From: a virus
Direction: 5' to 3' (one strand)
Length of the DNA stretch: 64,000 bases
Virus record (IMG/VR): IMGVR_UViG_3300037264_006128
Coordinates: 32,452-96,451 of that record
Below, one piece after another: positions 56,165 to 64,000 of the stretch; the first letter of the stretch is position 1, and each line of letters starts with the position of its first letter. Below the pieces are notes generated by a model. The model ran no database searches, was not told where the DNA came from, and worked only from the letters and a program-made list of their open reading frames with translations. Both the position numbers and the translations under genes were made by a program.

Positions 56165-57006
56165 ACCGTCACCTCCACGTCTTCGGTGTCCGCGAGCGTC
56201 CAGTGCTCGCACTGCACCCACTCGCGGCACCATTCGTCGAGAGCGTCGTTCAGCGCGGCCTGGGCCTCACCCTCGGTCCCGCGCACGGAAAAGATGGTGT
56301 CTTCGAGGGCCAGCTCGTCGCAGGCAGATTCCTCCATCCGTTCGAGCACCTCGTCAACGCCGATCGTCAGACGATCGGCCGGAATGACCGGCTCGCAGCG
56401 CCCGACGCGAAATGCGATGGATTCAACGTCTTCGTTCTCAAGCTCGTCGGCGAAGTGATCACGCGCATCCCCCTCGGCCTCAGCGCGCGACTCAAACGGC
56501 CCGAACGCTTCTTCGGCGCCGATCTCCATCCAGCCCCATTTGCGGTCGTCAACGCTCATGCTGCCTCCTCTTATTCCTGAGTTGCTGATTCACCTGCATC
56601 CCCAAGAACTTCCGCCAGATTGGCGGCGCCTTGCAGATCTTGCCGTTACGCACCAGCACGGCCCCAGTAGCGAACCGGCTGGAAACGTAGAACCATTCCC
56701 CTTCTTCAGTCACGATGCCCCACCCCCCTTATGCCACCCCACCAACCGCAGCACTTGCGCCCCCAGGCGCGATACTGGGCGCACTTCCGTGTGCACCCCC
56801 AGCTTCTGCAATACCGCCTGCAGTTCCTTCCGCTTCACCGCCACGGCATCCTCCAGCACCTTCGCTTCTTCGTGCAGTTTGATCAGCCCTGCAATCGCCG
56901 GCACCTCGTCAAGGTGGGCGCCGCGCAGCACCGGAAGCGTCTCCTGCACAACGGCCATCGCCTTCTGGAACCTGCCCGCAGCTTCATTGATTTCTTTGTC
57001 CGTCAC
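56161..57006 (-). CDS. Three hypothetical genes (56710-57006, 56549-56713, 56161-56559 acidic)
   Basis: Coupled ORFs; the 132-aa one is very acidic. Confidence 0.55.
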
Positions 57007-57015
57007 GTCCTCCTC

Positions 57016-57870
57016 CTATCGCCAGCGCAGATTCGGCCGTGCCGAATCCGGCGGTTCCACCCATTGCCTCCCATCAGGCAGGAACACGCAGTAGTACGCC
57101 TGCGTGGTTCGCATCGCGATCGGGTAGTGGTTTGATTTTTTCCCCAGCCGAACCTTTTTGCGCGGCATCGCACGGCGCACGGGGGCCCACCCTTCGTCAT
57201 CCCACGGCGATTCCGCCCCCGGCTTGCACCAGCCGCTGCCGCCGTATCCGAACCGGGATGGTTTCACTTTCACCCAGTAGCCATGTGACGCCAGCAGGGA
57301 CAGGCAGAGCATCAGGTGCAATCCTGCTTCCGTTTCCATCCACCCAACCCGCCGTTCATCCCTGCGGCGCGCAACCGCCTCCGCCATACGCTTCTTGCAA
57401 TGCTTCACCCTGGCGGCGGCGCACCCGTAGTAGTTCAGCACCTGCCTGATCCGCTCCCGCGTCACGCCAGCCCTGTCCCCGGTTTGCTGCAACGTCAATC
57501 CGTCCCGCACAGCCTGCCGCAGCACATCCCTTGCCGTCACCACGATTCCAAACGTGTTGGGTTCCCGTCCCCCGCGGCGAGGCCGGCATACTGCCCGCAC
57601 ATCCTCCAGCCCGAAGCGCAAGATCCACAGTTCGATCGTCGATTGCCCCGCTTTGAAAGCGTCCTGCATCGCCTGCCTTGTGGCCCCTTCGGCAACCATC
57701 ACGGCCAGCCTTGCCACTTCCTCGTCAGTTGGTTCCCGCTTGCGATGCTTCCCCGGCGGCCTGCCCCTGCGATTGGAAGCCCTTCCCCACCACAGGGTCG
57801 GTGGCGGTTCGTGCAGGTCTTCAGCGGGAAGCAGCAAGGGTTGGGGATGGCCGTTCATTTTGCCCCCCAT
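57016..57870 (-). CDS. HTH DNA-binding protein (sigma70 region-4-like)
   Basis: GLTLQQTGDRAGVTRERIRQV. Confidence 0.75.
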   Translation of the reverse strand: MGGKMNGHPQPLLLPAEDLHEPPPTLWWGRASNRRGRPPGKHRKREPTDEEVARLAVMVAEGATRQAMQDAFKAGQSTIELWILRFGLEDVRAVCRPRRGGREPNTFGIVVTARDVLRQAVRDGLTLQQTGDRAGVTRERIRQVLNYYGCAAARVKHCKKRMAEAVARRRDERRVGWMETEAGLHLMLCLSLLASHGYWVKVKPSRFGYGGSGWCKPGAESPWDDEGWAPVRRAMPRKKVRLGKKSNHYPIAMRTTQAYYCVFLPDGRQWVEPPDSARPNLRWR

Positions 57871-58819
57871 TCTTCCATCTGCTTGTTTAGGTCTGCGATT
57901 GCCGCTCTTCTCGTGCCGAATGGACCTTTCTTCTCAAGCAGGAACGCCTTGTGGCACCAGTACCACCCTGTTTTGTTCCGCTGGCTCGTAGCGGCCCCCC
58001 ATCCGCCTGCGTTACTCCACGACAGTACCTCCCATTCCCGTGTGGGATCCGCATACCAGCCAGCTTCTATTTTCTCCCACTTCATCCTTCTTCCACCTCC
58101 CCCAACACCTGCCTGCCCAGCGGCGTAATCGCACACCGAAAGGCGTCCGTCCGTACCGCCAACCCGCGGTGCACCAGTGCAGCCACGTGCAGCCCCGATA
58201 CCGTGCTTGCCGTCGTGTTCACGCTACGCAGGAGCGGTTCTGGGGCATCGCACAGCCGTTGAAGCAACTTGAAGTGGTGCTCCCCCAACCCCCGCGCTTC
58301 CGGCGGTAATCTCTTCCTCATCGCGTCTCCTTTGGCCCGCTTCTGGCCCGCTTCTTGACGAAGGGCCCGTTGCCCCGCTCGGCTTCCGCCATCGCCTTTT
58401 CCATGCTTGCGAATGGCCCCTTCCGCCCCCACAACGCCCTGCGCCGCCGGTAGCCCGGGACCAAACAAAACCAACCATCCCCCAGCCCCCTCGGTGGGGG
58501 CGATTCACCATCAGCCAACCGCACCACTTCCGCTTCTCCCGTGTTGCTCACAAAATGATCCGAATTGTGCTTCCTCCAATACGCAATCGGAACAATCATC
58601 GGCTTCATCTTACCACCTCCTCAGCGCAAAGGGCCGCTGCGCCGGCCCCTTCGCTGTACGAGCAGAGTTGTCGGTTAGACAACTACATCCGCGGGGGCGC
58701 AGCCCCGTTGATGCCAGCCCCAGCTTGCGTGCCATCCTGCGCACCTGCCCGACGGTTGCCCCGTTCTGGATCTGCCGGAACCCTTTCGTGTTGTGATGCC
58801 GCCGCCTGTGCCCTTTCAT
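57855..58819 (-). CDS. Four small hypothetical genes (58610-58819, 58318-58608, 58082-58321, 57855-58085)
   Basis: ATGA-coupled; two share a GW(F/Y)...KGPF motif. Confidence 0.55.
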
Positions 58820-58856
58820 CGCCACCCCCTTCGTAAAGCATTCGTACTGTGCAAGC

Positions 58857-58885
58857 ACACTACACGCAATGCCACTTGAAGTCAA
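58857..58885 (-). promoter_or_regulatory. Sigma70-type promoter
   Basis: TTGACT-17 bp-TAGTGT in an intergenic gap. Confidence 0.6.
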
Positions 58886-58902
58886 GCGGCGAAATCAAAT
58901 GA

Positions 58903-59277
58903 TCATTCCACAGGGAGCGTCGTCACCCCTCTCTCGCGCTCGCAATCCATCAGTTCCGGGTGTGCTTCCCGCATATGCAGCAAAGCCAGCAGGCCCCAGG
59001 CGGCATGCGCAAGGTGATCTTCTTCGCTGCTTTCCCCCGCCAACCACGCGAAGATGTGTTCCAGCGCGTGATCCATCAGGTTCGATGCCGGGATCCCCTT
59101 TTCCCAGTTGTACTTCCCGTATCGCCCGGCGCCGTAGGCGTAGACTTCCGCAACGGCACGCAAGGCGATGGGGCTAAGTAGATGCCACGCCCGTTCCGTT
59201 TCTGGCTTCGCCCGCTTCGCCCCGGTCGTGAAGTTTTCCATCGGTTCCGTACTGTTCGTTTCGATCATACCGTTCAC
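58903..59277 (-). CDS. dATP/dGTP diphosphohydrolase-domain protein (DUF5664)
   Basis: FTTGAKR...LLSPIALRAVAEVYAYGAGRYGKYNWEKG...HIFAW...EDHLAHAAW. Confidence 0.88.
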   Translation of the reverse strand: MNGMIETNSTEPMENFTTGAKRAKPETERAWHLLSPIALRAVAEVYAYGAGRYGKYNWEKGIPASNLMDHALEHIFAWLAGESSEEDHLAHAAWGLLALLHMREAHPELMDCERERGVTTLPVE

Positions 59278-60327
59278 GCAAACCTTCCTTTGGTTGATTC
59301 AAGCAGCATCAGATGCTCTTCGCGCCGCTTCTCGAACTCCTCGCGCATTTCCTGCGTCACCGCCACCAGATCCGGCGTGCTCGGCGCGAACGAAGCCAGG
59401 TCCGCTTGCGCCAGCTTTTCGATTGCCGCTTCCTTGTTCGGCCAACAGGCGGACATTTTCGCTCCGTCCCTAGCTGGTACGTTCCACCACAGATCTACGT
59501 ACTTGCGACGATTTTCCCGGGCCCTCTCGATCGTCAAGTTCACAAAGATCCGATCCCCAACCATCGGCACATGGTAGGGCGCGTACGGGTCGTTCTGCCA
59601 GTCAACGTGTTGCTGTTCTTGCCCGTTCCGGTTCGGCACGATGAACGGCGTGATCCCATCCCGGCTGTTCCAGATCCGCTCGATGTTCCCACCCGCATCC
59701 CGGTACTTCATCAACCGGAACGCTTCCGCGTATTCGTGGCCTTCCGGCGTTCGCCCTTCTTTGCTCATCCAACCTCCTGCCGTTGTTCTTCCGCCGCCGG
59801 CCCGTCAAAGATCGCGTTCACCAACAGGCGGCATTTACCGCAGCCAATTATCACGAGGTGCTTGCCGCCCCTGACTGGGGACCGTTTCCACACAGCAAGG
59901 TCGTGCTCGCATTCCTTCATGCTTCGCAGCATCTGCCGGATTTCCGGGGCGAACTGTGAATCCTCCCACCCCACACCCTTACCGCAACTCATCGCGCATC
60001 CCTCCTCCCGATCTCCCCGCCGAACAACCCCTTCCCCGCTGCCTGTTGCATCACGATGCTGCTCATGTAGTCCACGCCGTTTTCCTTCGCCCACCGCAGC
60101 AGGCCGTAGATGTAGCCGTCGATGTTCAGGCCCATCTTCTCGCAGTGGCGCAGCATCACCATTTCCGTGCTCTTCTCCGGCATGGCCCAGGTAACCCCAT
60201 GCTGCCCTGGGCCGAATCGAACGACGGCGAAGAAGCACAGGCCAGCCTCGTTGCAGCGTTCGGCAAGGGCCTTCAGTTGTGGCGCAACTTCCTCGTCGTA
60301 CCACCGCTCCTTTTCTTCATCCGTCAT
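59274..60327 (-). CDS. Three hypothetical genes (59989-60327, 59765-59992, 59274-59768)
   Basis: ATGA-coupled; the 164-aa one has EAFRLMKY...IWNSRDGITPF. Confidence 0.6.
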
Positions 60328-60764
60328 GCGAAATCACTTTCCCCATCCAGAAAGCGCAGGAATCTGCTTACGTCCGTGAGCCCGGACGCTGTGCGTTGGT
60401 GCAGGAATGCGCAGACGATCAGGGCCACCTGGCGGTTGGTGAAGATCGGGGCGGAAGCAGGCGATACCCCCGTCAGTATCCCCGCGGTCGTGTATTGCGG
60501 GTGGTCGTACAGCGGCGGATGCGGTTCGGGTTCCATTTCCGGCCTGCTTAGCGGCGGGTGGGCTTCCCCTTCCCTCAACTCTTCCCAATCGTCTGCGAAT
60601 AGGTCCCCCCCTCCCAGCAAGAACAACCTTCCCGTATCTCTCTCGTTGCACCACGCCAGATCATCAACATCCCCCACTTTTCTGATTCCATTCCCCACCG
60701 TCCACCGCTGCCGGCGGATCACCCAGCCGCTACGCAGCAACCCCATCGCTTCTTCGAACTTCAT
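60324..60764 (-). CDS. DUF2829/Tad2-like protein with C-terminal extension
   Basis: MKFEEAMGLLRSGWVIRRQRW...DLFADDWEEL. Confidence 0.65.
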   Translation of the reverse strand: MKFEEAMGLLRSGWVIRRQRWTVGNGIRKVGDVDDLAWCNERDTGRLFLLGGGDLFADDWEELREGEAHPPLSRPEMEPEPHPPLYDHPQYTTAGILTGVSPASAPIFTNRQVALIVCAFLHQRTASGLTDVSRFLRFLDGESDFA

Positions 60765-60985
60765 TCGTGAAAATCCTCCTTCTCGCTCAGATCTTCGGGC
60801 ATGGCTTCGACAAACTCCGATTCTTCGCAGATGTACCGAATCCCAAACGGCGTGATCTCCTCCCCATCCTCCGGTTCCCCGTTTTCCTCTACGATCACCT
60901 CACGCCACGCTGCCAGCGCCTGTTCCCACGATGGGGCATGCACGTGCATCGGCCGATCCGGGTCCTGCACTTGATACAACGGCAT
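60761..60985 (-). CDS. Small acidic hypothetical protein
   Basis: TGATG-coupled, MPLYQVQD. Confidence 0.55.
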   Translation of the reverse strand: MPLYQVQDPDRPMHVHAPSWEQALAAWREVIVEENGEPEDGEEITPFGIRYICEESEFVEAMPEDLSEKEDFHE

Positions 60986-61191
60986 CAGTCCTCCTTCCTT
61001 TCCTTGCCGTACGTTTTCGGCGGCATCACCAAATCTTCCCCGTGAATCACCAACACCAACCTTGCCAGCGCCATCCACGCCGCCCGGTACGTTCCGTACC
61101 CATCAGGCCCGCACGTGGCCACCGTAGGCCCGTTCAACCCATAGATCCGCCAGAACCAGCGGCGGCGTTCGCTGTAGATTTCGGATCGCAT
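60985..61191 (-). CDS. YegP/DUF1508-like protein
   Basis: WFWRIYGLNGPTVA...DGYGTYRAA. Confidence 0.6.
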   Translation of the reverse strand: MRSEIYSERRRWFWRIYGLNGPTVATCGPDGYGTYRAAWMALARLVLVIHGEDLVMPPKTYGKERKED

Positions 61192-61348
61192 CCTTCCGCC
61201 TCCTTTTCGATCTTCCCCAGTAACCCTTCCACCACCCACTGCCCTTCGATCGTATCCAGTTGCCGCACCATCCACGCCCAGTTCAGCCCTGCATCAATCG
61301 CCCCCTTCTTCCCCACGCTGCGCACCGGCCGGGCCTTCCCGTTCCCAC

Positions 61349-61862
61349 TCAGGCGCCATACCACCAGCCGTTCGCAGCTAGGATCCAGCTACGCCCCGGG
61401 TTCGCATCGTCACTCCCTTCCCGCAACCGCCGGTCCGCTTTCCCGCCGTCGCACCCTTCCAAGTACAGATGCAAAAGTCTCGCCAATGCACGCAGGGTCG
61501 GGATAGGAATTTCATGCAGAAAGTGCACTGCTTGAAGCATCACATCAAGGGTTATTTCTTCAACTTCCCTCCCCTCTGTGCTCGCTTCCGCTAGCGTCAT
61601 CAAGTCCTTCCAGGTGCCCTTTCGCATCGTCACTCCCTTCCTTCCGCTTGCGTTCTTCTTCCCCGGAATCGAAGCCTTCCAGATACCCCTGCAAAACCTC
61701 CGCCAGGCCGCGCAGGGTTACGATTGGGATTTCGTGCAGGAACAGCATGGCACGCAGCACGGTTTCGAAGTCTATCTCGCTGTCCTCCCCCACCGCTTTT
61801 GCTTGCGCCATCAGATCTTCCCAGGTGCCGATGTCCAGTTCCACGTTCTCCTTTTCAGCCAT
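61349..61862 (-). CDS. Two tandem paralogous hypothetical genes (61560-61862, 61349-61633)
   Basis: Both contain GTWxDLM...FLHEIPIxTLRxLA...YLEGxDxG...EGSDDA. Confidence 0.7.
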
Positions 61863-61863
61863 C

Positions 61864-62496
61864 CTACAGCTCCTCCTTCACTTCGATCGGTCCCGCCCGG
61901 AACGGCATCACGTGCACCACCACCACCCCCACGTCCGGCGCCGCCGCGGCGAAGCGAACCGGAACGTCGCCTTCACTTGCCCAGATCTCGATCTGCACAA
62001 ACTTCGCCCCGATGTCTTTCGCAGAAGCCGCCACCCGCGCCAGGTATTCCGTCTGTATCGCCACCTGCCCGGCCGGGGGCCCCTTCGGCACGATCGTCTT
62101 TTTGTCCGGGAAGTCCCCTGGCCACTTCTTGACGCGCCGGATGGAATCATCGCACGCCATCCCGAACGAAACCGCCCCGGTGGCCGTTTCCGCCCCGGCC
62201 GCAGCATGCCCGCGCGCGGCGATCTTAAGGAAGTGCTTGCGGGGCAGATCTTCGATGACTTTCCCCACCCCTTCCGCTTCCAGCACCACCACTTCATGCC
62301 CAGCCGCCTCAAAGCCATCGATCGTTGGCAGATCTTCCGCCTCGAATACCCGGGCCGGCGTGAACGTAGCGAACCCATGCCCGTTCGTTGCCGCCTGCTT
62401 GCCGTCTTCCCGTAGTTGCACCACCGGGATTGCAATCCTGCCGTAGGCCCCCGCCCACCGCACCACCGCCTTCGTTGCCCTTGTGATTGTGATCAT
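61864..62496 (-). CDS. DNA sliding-clamp (beta)-like domain protein
   Basis: AATNGH and GDFPDKKTIVPK, I..EYL, C-terminal VMPF resemble the DnaN middle/C-terminal domains. Confidence 0.55.
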   Translation of the reverse strand: MITITRATKAVVRWAGAYGRIAIPVVQLREDGKQAATNGHGFATFTPARVFEAEDLPTIDGFEAAGHEVVVLEAEGVGKVIEDLPRKHFLKIAARGHAAAGAETATGAVSFGMACDDSIRRVKKWPGDFPDKKTIVPKGPPAGQVAIQTEYLARVAASAKDIGAKFVQIEIWASEGDVPVRFAAAAPDVGVVVVHVMPFRAGPIEVKEEL

Positions 62497-62641
62497 CGCC
62501 ACTCCCTTATTGCCCTTCTGATCCGGTCCTGCTCGCCTCGCCTCGGCACTTCCCACCGGAAGTCCACAAACGCACAGTTTGCTTCGTGTGCTTTCTGCCC
62601 CAGGTCCTCAAGCGCAGCCGCAACCCGTTCGATCGTTTCCG

Positions 62642-62992
62642 TCAAGCGCCTGGTTTGATCTGCTCTTTGTGCTCCTTGCTCATCCGCGCAGCTTCTTCCG
62701 GGTTGAATGTTGAGATCGACACCGCAAGCGGGGCCTTCCCGGTGAAGCACCCAATATCCCGTTCCAGTTTCGTCACCCGCGCTTCCAGTTCAGCAAACCG
62801 GCCGCGTTCGGCAGCTTCGCGTTCGGCAGCTTCCGGCTGCCGTGCCATCACCACTTCCCAATCGTCTTCAAACAGATCCGTGGCCGCCACCAGGGAATCC
62901 CGGTGGCGCATCAAGCGCCTTCCCGGCCCCCACGCTTTCCTGTACACCGCCCCCCCGCTGGCAAGTACGCCCTGCACGTCTTCAAACTTCAT
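62642..62992 (-). CDS. DUF2829/Tad2-like protein with coiled-coil tail
   Basis: MKFEDVQGVLASGGAVYRKAW...TDLFEDDWEVV. Confidence 0.62.
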   Translation of the reverse strand: MKFEDVQGVLASGGAVYRKAWGPGRRLMRHRDSLVAATDLFEDDWEVVMARQPEAAEREAAERGRFAELEARVTKLERDIGCFTGKAPLAVSISTFNPEEAARMSKEHKEQIKPGA

Positions 62993-63239
62993 CGCTTTCC
63001 CCCTTCTTCAAGATGGCAATCGCCTCTTTCAGGTCGCACCCAGGATCGAACACCGCCACCCACACCAGCATTCCCAACCAGATCGGCCAGGCCAGCAGCA
63101 CCGATACCAGTATCCCTAAATGGGCCAACCACAGCTTCAGCCCGCACAACCCCTGCTTTTTCGCGATTTCTAAGTGTGGCCGCACCATGATCCCGATCGC
63201 AAACAAGGCCCCTAGTACCCACACGTCAATCAGATTCAT
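62982..63239 (-). CDS. Small membrane protein
   Basis: Two hydrophobic segments, AGGAGG RBS. Confidence 0.65.
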   Translation of the reverse strand: MNLIDVWVLGALFAIGIMVRPHLEIAKKQGLCGLKLWLAHLGILVSVLLAWPIWLGMLVWVAVFDPGCDLKEAIAILKKGESDEV

Positions 63240-63271
63240 CGCCGTTTTCCTCCTTCCTCTTCAAAACGAAC

Positions 63272-63305
63272 CCGGGCCGGGCAGCTTCGTTCACCACCCG
63301 GCCCG
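63272..63305 (-). terminator. Possible hairpin/terminator
   Basis: GGGCCGGG...CCCGGCCC stem followed by GTTCGTTTT. Confidence 0.35.
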
Positions 63306-63347
63306 TCCCGCAATCACATCACCACGCCCCCCTACTGTGGGCCGCCC

Positions 63348-63620
63348 CTACTTCTTCGCCTTCTTCTTCCTACCCCCCTGCGGCACCACCTCCGTCGCCT
63401 CCACCCACATCAACCCGTTCCCCTTGTCCACCCCCACCCGCACCTTCACCCCCACCCGCTTCGCAGCCAGGTACACCACGGATCGCATCGCGTTCGCGTC
63501 CGTCTGAAAATCCACCCCCTGCGCCAACTCCCACACCTGCCCATCCAACCACTGATCCCACGGGTACTTGCTTTCACGCCGCCGTACCTGCGCCGGAAAT
63601 TCCTTCACTATCTTCGCCAT
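63348..63620 (-). CDS. Small putative DNA-binding protein
   Basis: SKYPWDQWLDGQVWEL..G.DF...RS.VY.AAKR.G, basic tail. Confidence 0.65.
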   Translation of the reverse strand: MAKIVKEFPAQVRRRESKYPWDQWLDGQVWELAQGVDFQTDANAMRSVVYLAAKRVGVKVRVGVDKGNGLMWVEATEVVPQGGRKKKAKK

Positions 63621-63684
63621 GCTTGTTTCCCCTTCCTTCTTGCAGTTAACGCGATCGCACAACGCAATCGCTTCGTTACCACGC

Positions 63685-63713
63685 TAGATACATCTTTACC
63701 GTACATTCGTCAA
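63685..63713 (-). promoter_or_regulatory. Putative sigma70 promoter
   Basis: TTGACG-17 bp-TATCTA in a lower-GC intergenic gap. Confidence 0.4.
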
Positions 63714-63791
63714 GTGGTGCCGCTTGTAGTTAGGATCACCTAGCGGCCTTCCGCGTCACGCTGAACAACAGCTCCCGCTTCTTCATCCCCA

Positions 63792-63983
63792 TCACATTTC
63801 CCCCCACCGCCGCTGCCCACAGCTGCAGGGCTTGCCCAGTAGGATCTCCCCCGCCCCCTCCCTATCAATAAGCCAGGTGTGGGTGTTGTTGCAGCAGATC
63901 AATGGTGGCGGATCCCCCTGCGCCGCATCCAACTCCACCTCCTCCGCGTACCGCGCACCCTGCCCACCCCCACCCCGATCCAT
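63792..63983 (-). CDS. Protein with C-terminal CCxxxHxW...PCxCG module (5' end uncertain)
   Basis: CCNNTHTWL...PCSCGQRRWG. Confidence 0.55.
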   Translation of the reverse strand: MDRGGGGQGARYAEEVELDAAQGDPPPLICCNNTHTWLIDREGAGEILLGKPCSCGQRRWGEM

Positions 63984-64000
63984 GGGACCCCCCAGGAAGC

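Larger units (their letters stand above)
1..64000 (-). mobile_element. Tailed dsDNA phage/prophage (siphovirus-type), internal segment; ends not in window
   Basis: Syntenic terminase-portal-scaffold-capsid-connector-tail tube-chaperone-tape measure-tip-fibre-lysin order; tightly coupled ATGA/TGATG gene overlaps; no host housekeeping genes. Confidence 0.97.

Noticed and set aside
1-64000. Stop-codon reassignment, tRNA genes, integrase/att sites
   Set aside because: Long genes are intact in code 11 with all three stops used; no tRNA-like or recombinase sequence noticed by eye

Overview
A ~64 kb internal segment of a GC-rich tailed (siphovirus-type) phage or prophage, transcribed almost entirely on the minus strand. 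In transcription order (right to left) it has five parts. (i) ~63.9-51.5 kb: about 40 small accessory genes, including two DUF2829/Tad2-like proteins, a DUF5664 dATP/dGTP diphosphohydrolase, a frameshifted MazG, a beta-clamp-like protein, and mini-genes sharing boundary repeats. (ii) 51.5-43.2 kb: a 12-gene glycan synthesis/decoration operon (GT2, GT4, GT9, further GT-like proteins, sulfotransferase, two methyltransferases, DegT aminotransferase, GNAT, WbqC, deacetylase). (iii) A 969-aa ParB-DNA methyltransferase whose Rossmann fold is split by an inserted PLP enzyme (ACC deaminase/D-Cys desulfhydrase fold) and a YkgJ-like Cys cluster domain. (iv) 40.3-11.6 kb: head and non-contractile tail morphogenesis genes, with two antisense HNH-type insertions. 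(v) 11.2-0.1 kb: a block of signal-peptide-bearing, Cys-rich, Thr/Pro mucin-like proteins interleaved with lysis genes (GH108 endolysin, holin-like proteins), a stand-alone receiver domain and a papain-like protease. No integrase, replisome, tRNA or CRISPR array is visible. Two candidate novel systems stand out: the split-methylase/PLP/Fe-S fusion (possible DNA hypermodification), and exported mucin-like proteins with virion-type domains co-encoded with the phage's own glycosylation/sulfation operon. All family assignments come from motif recognition by eye, not database searches.
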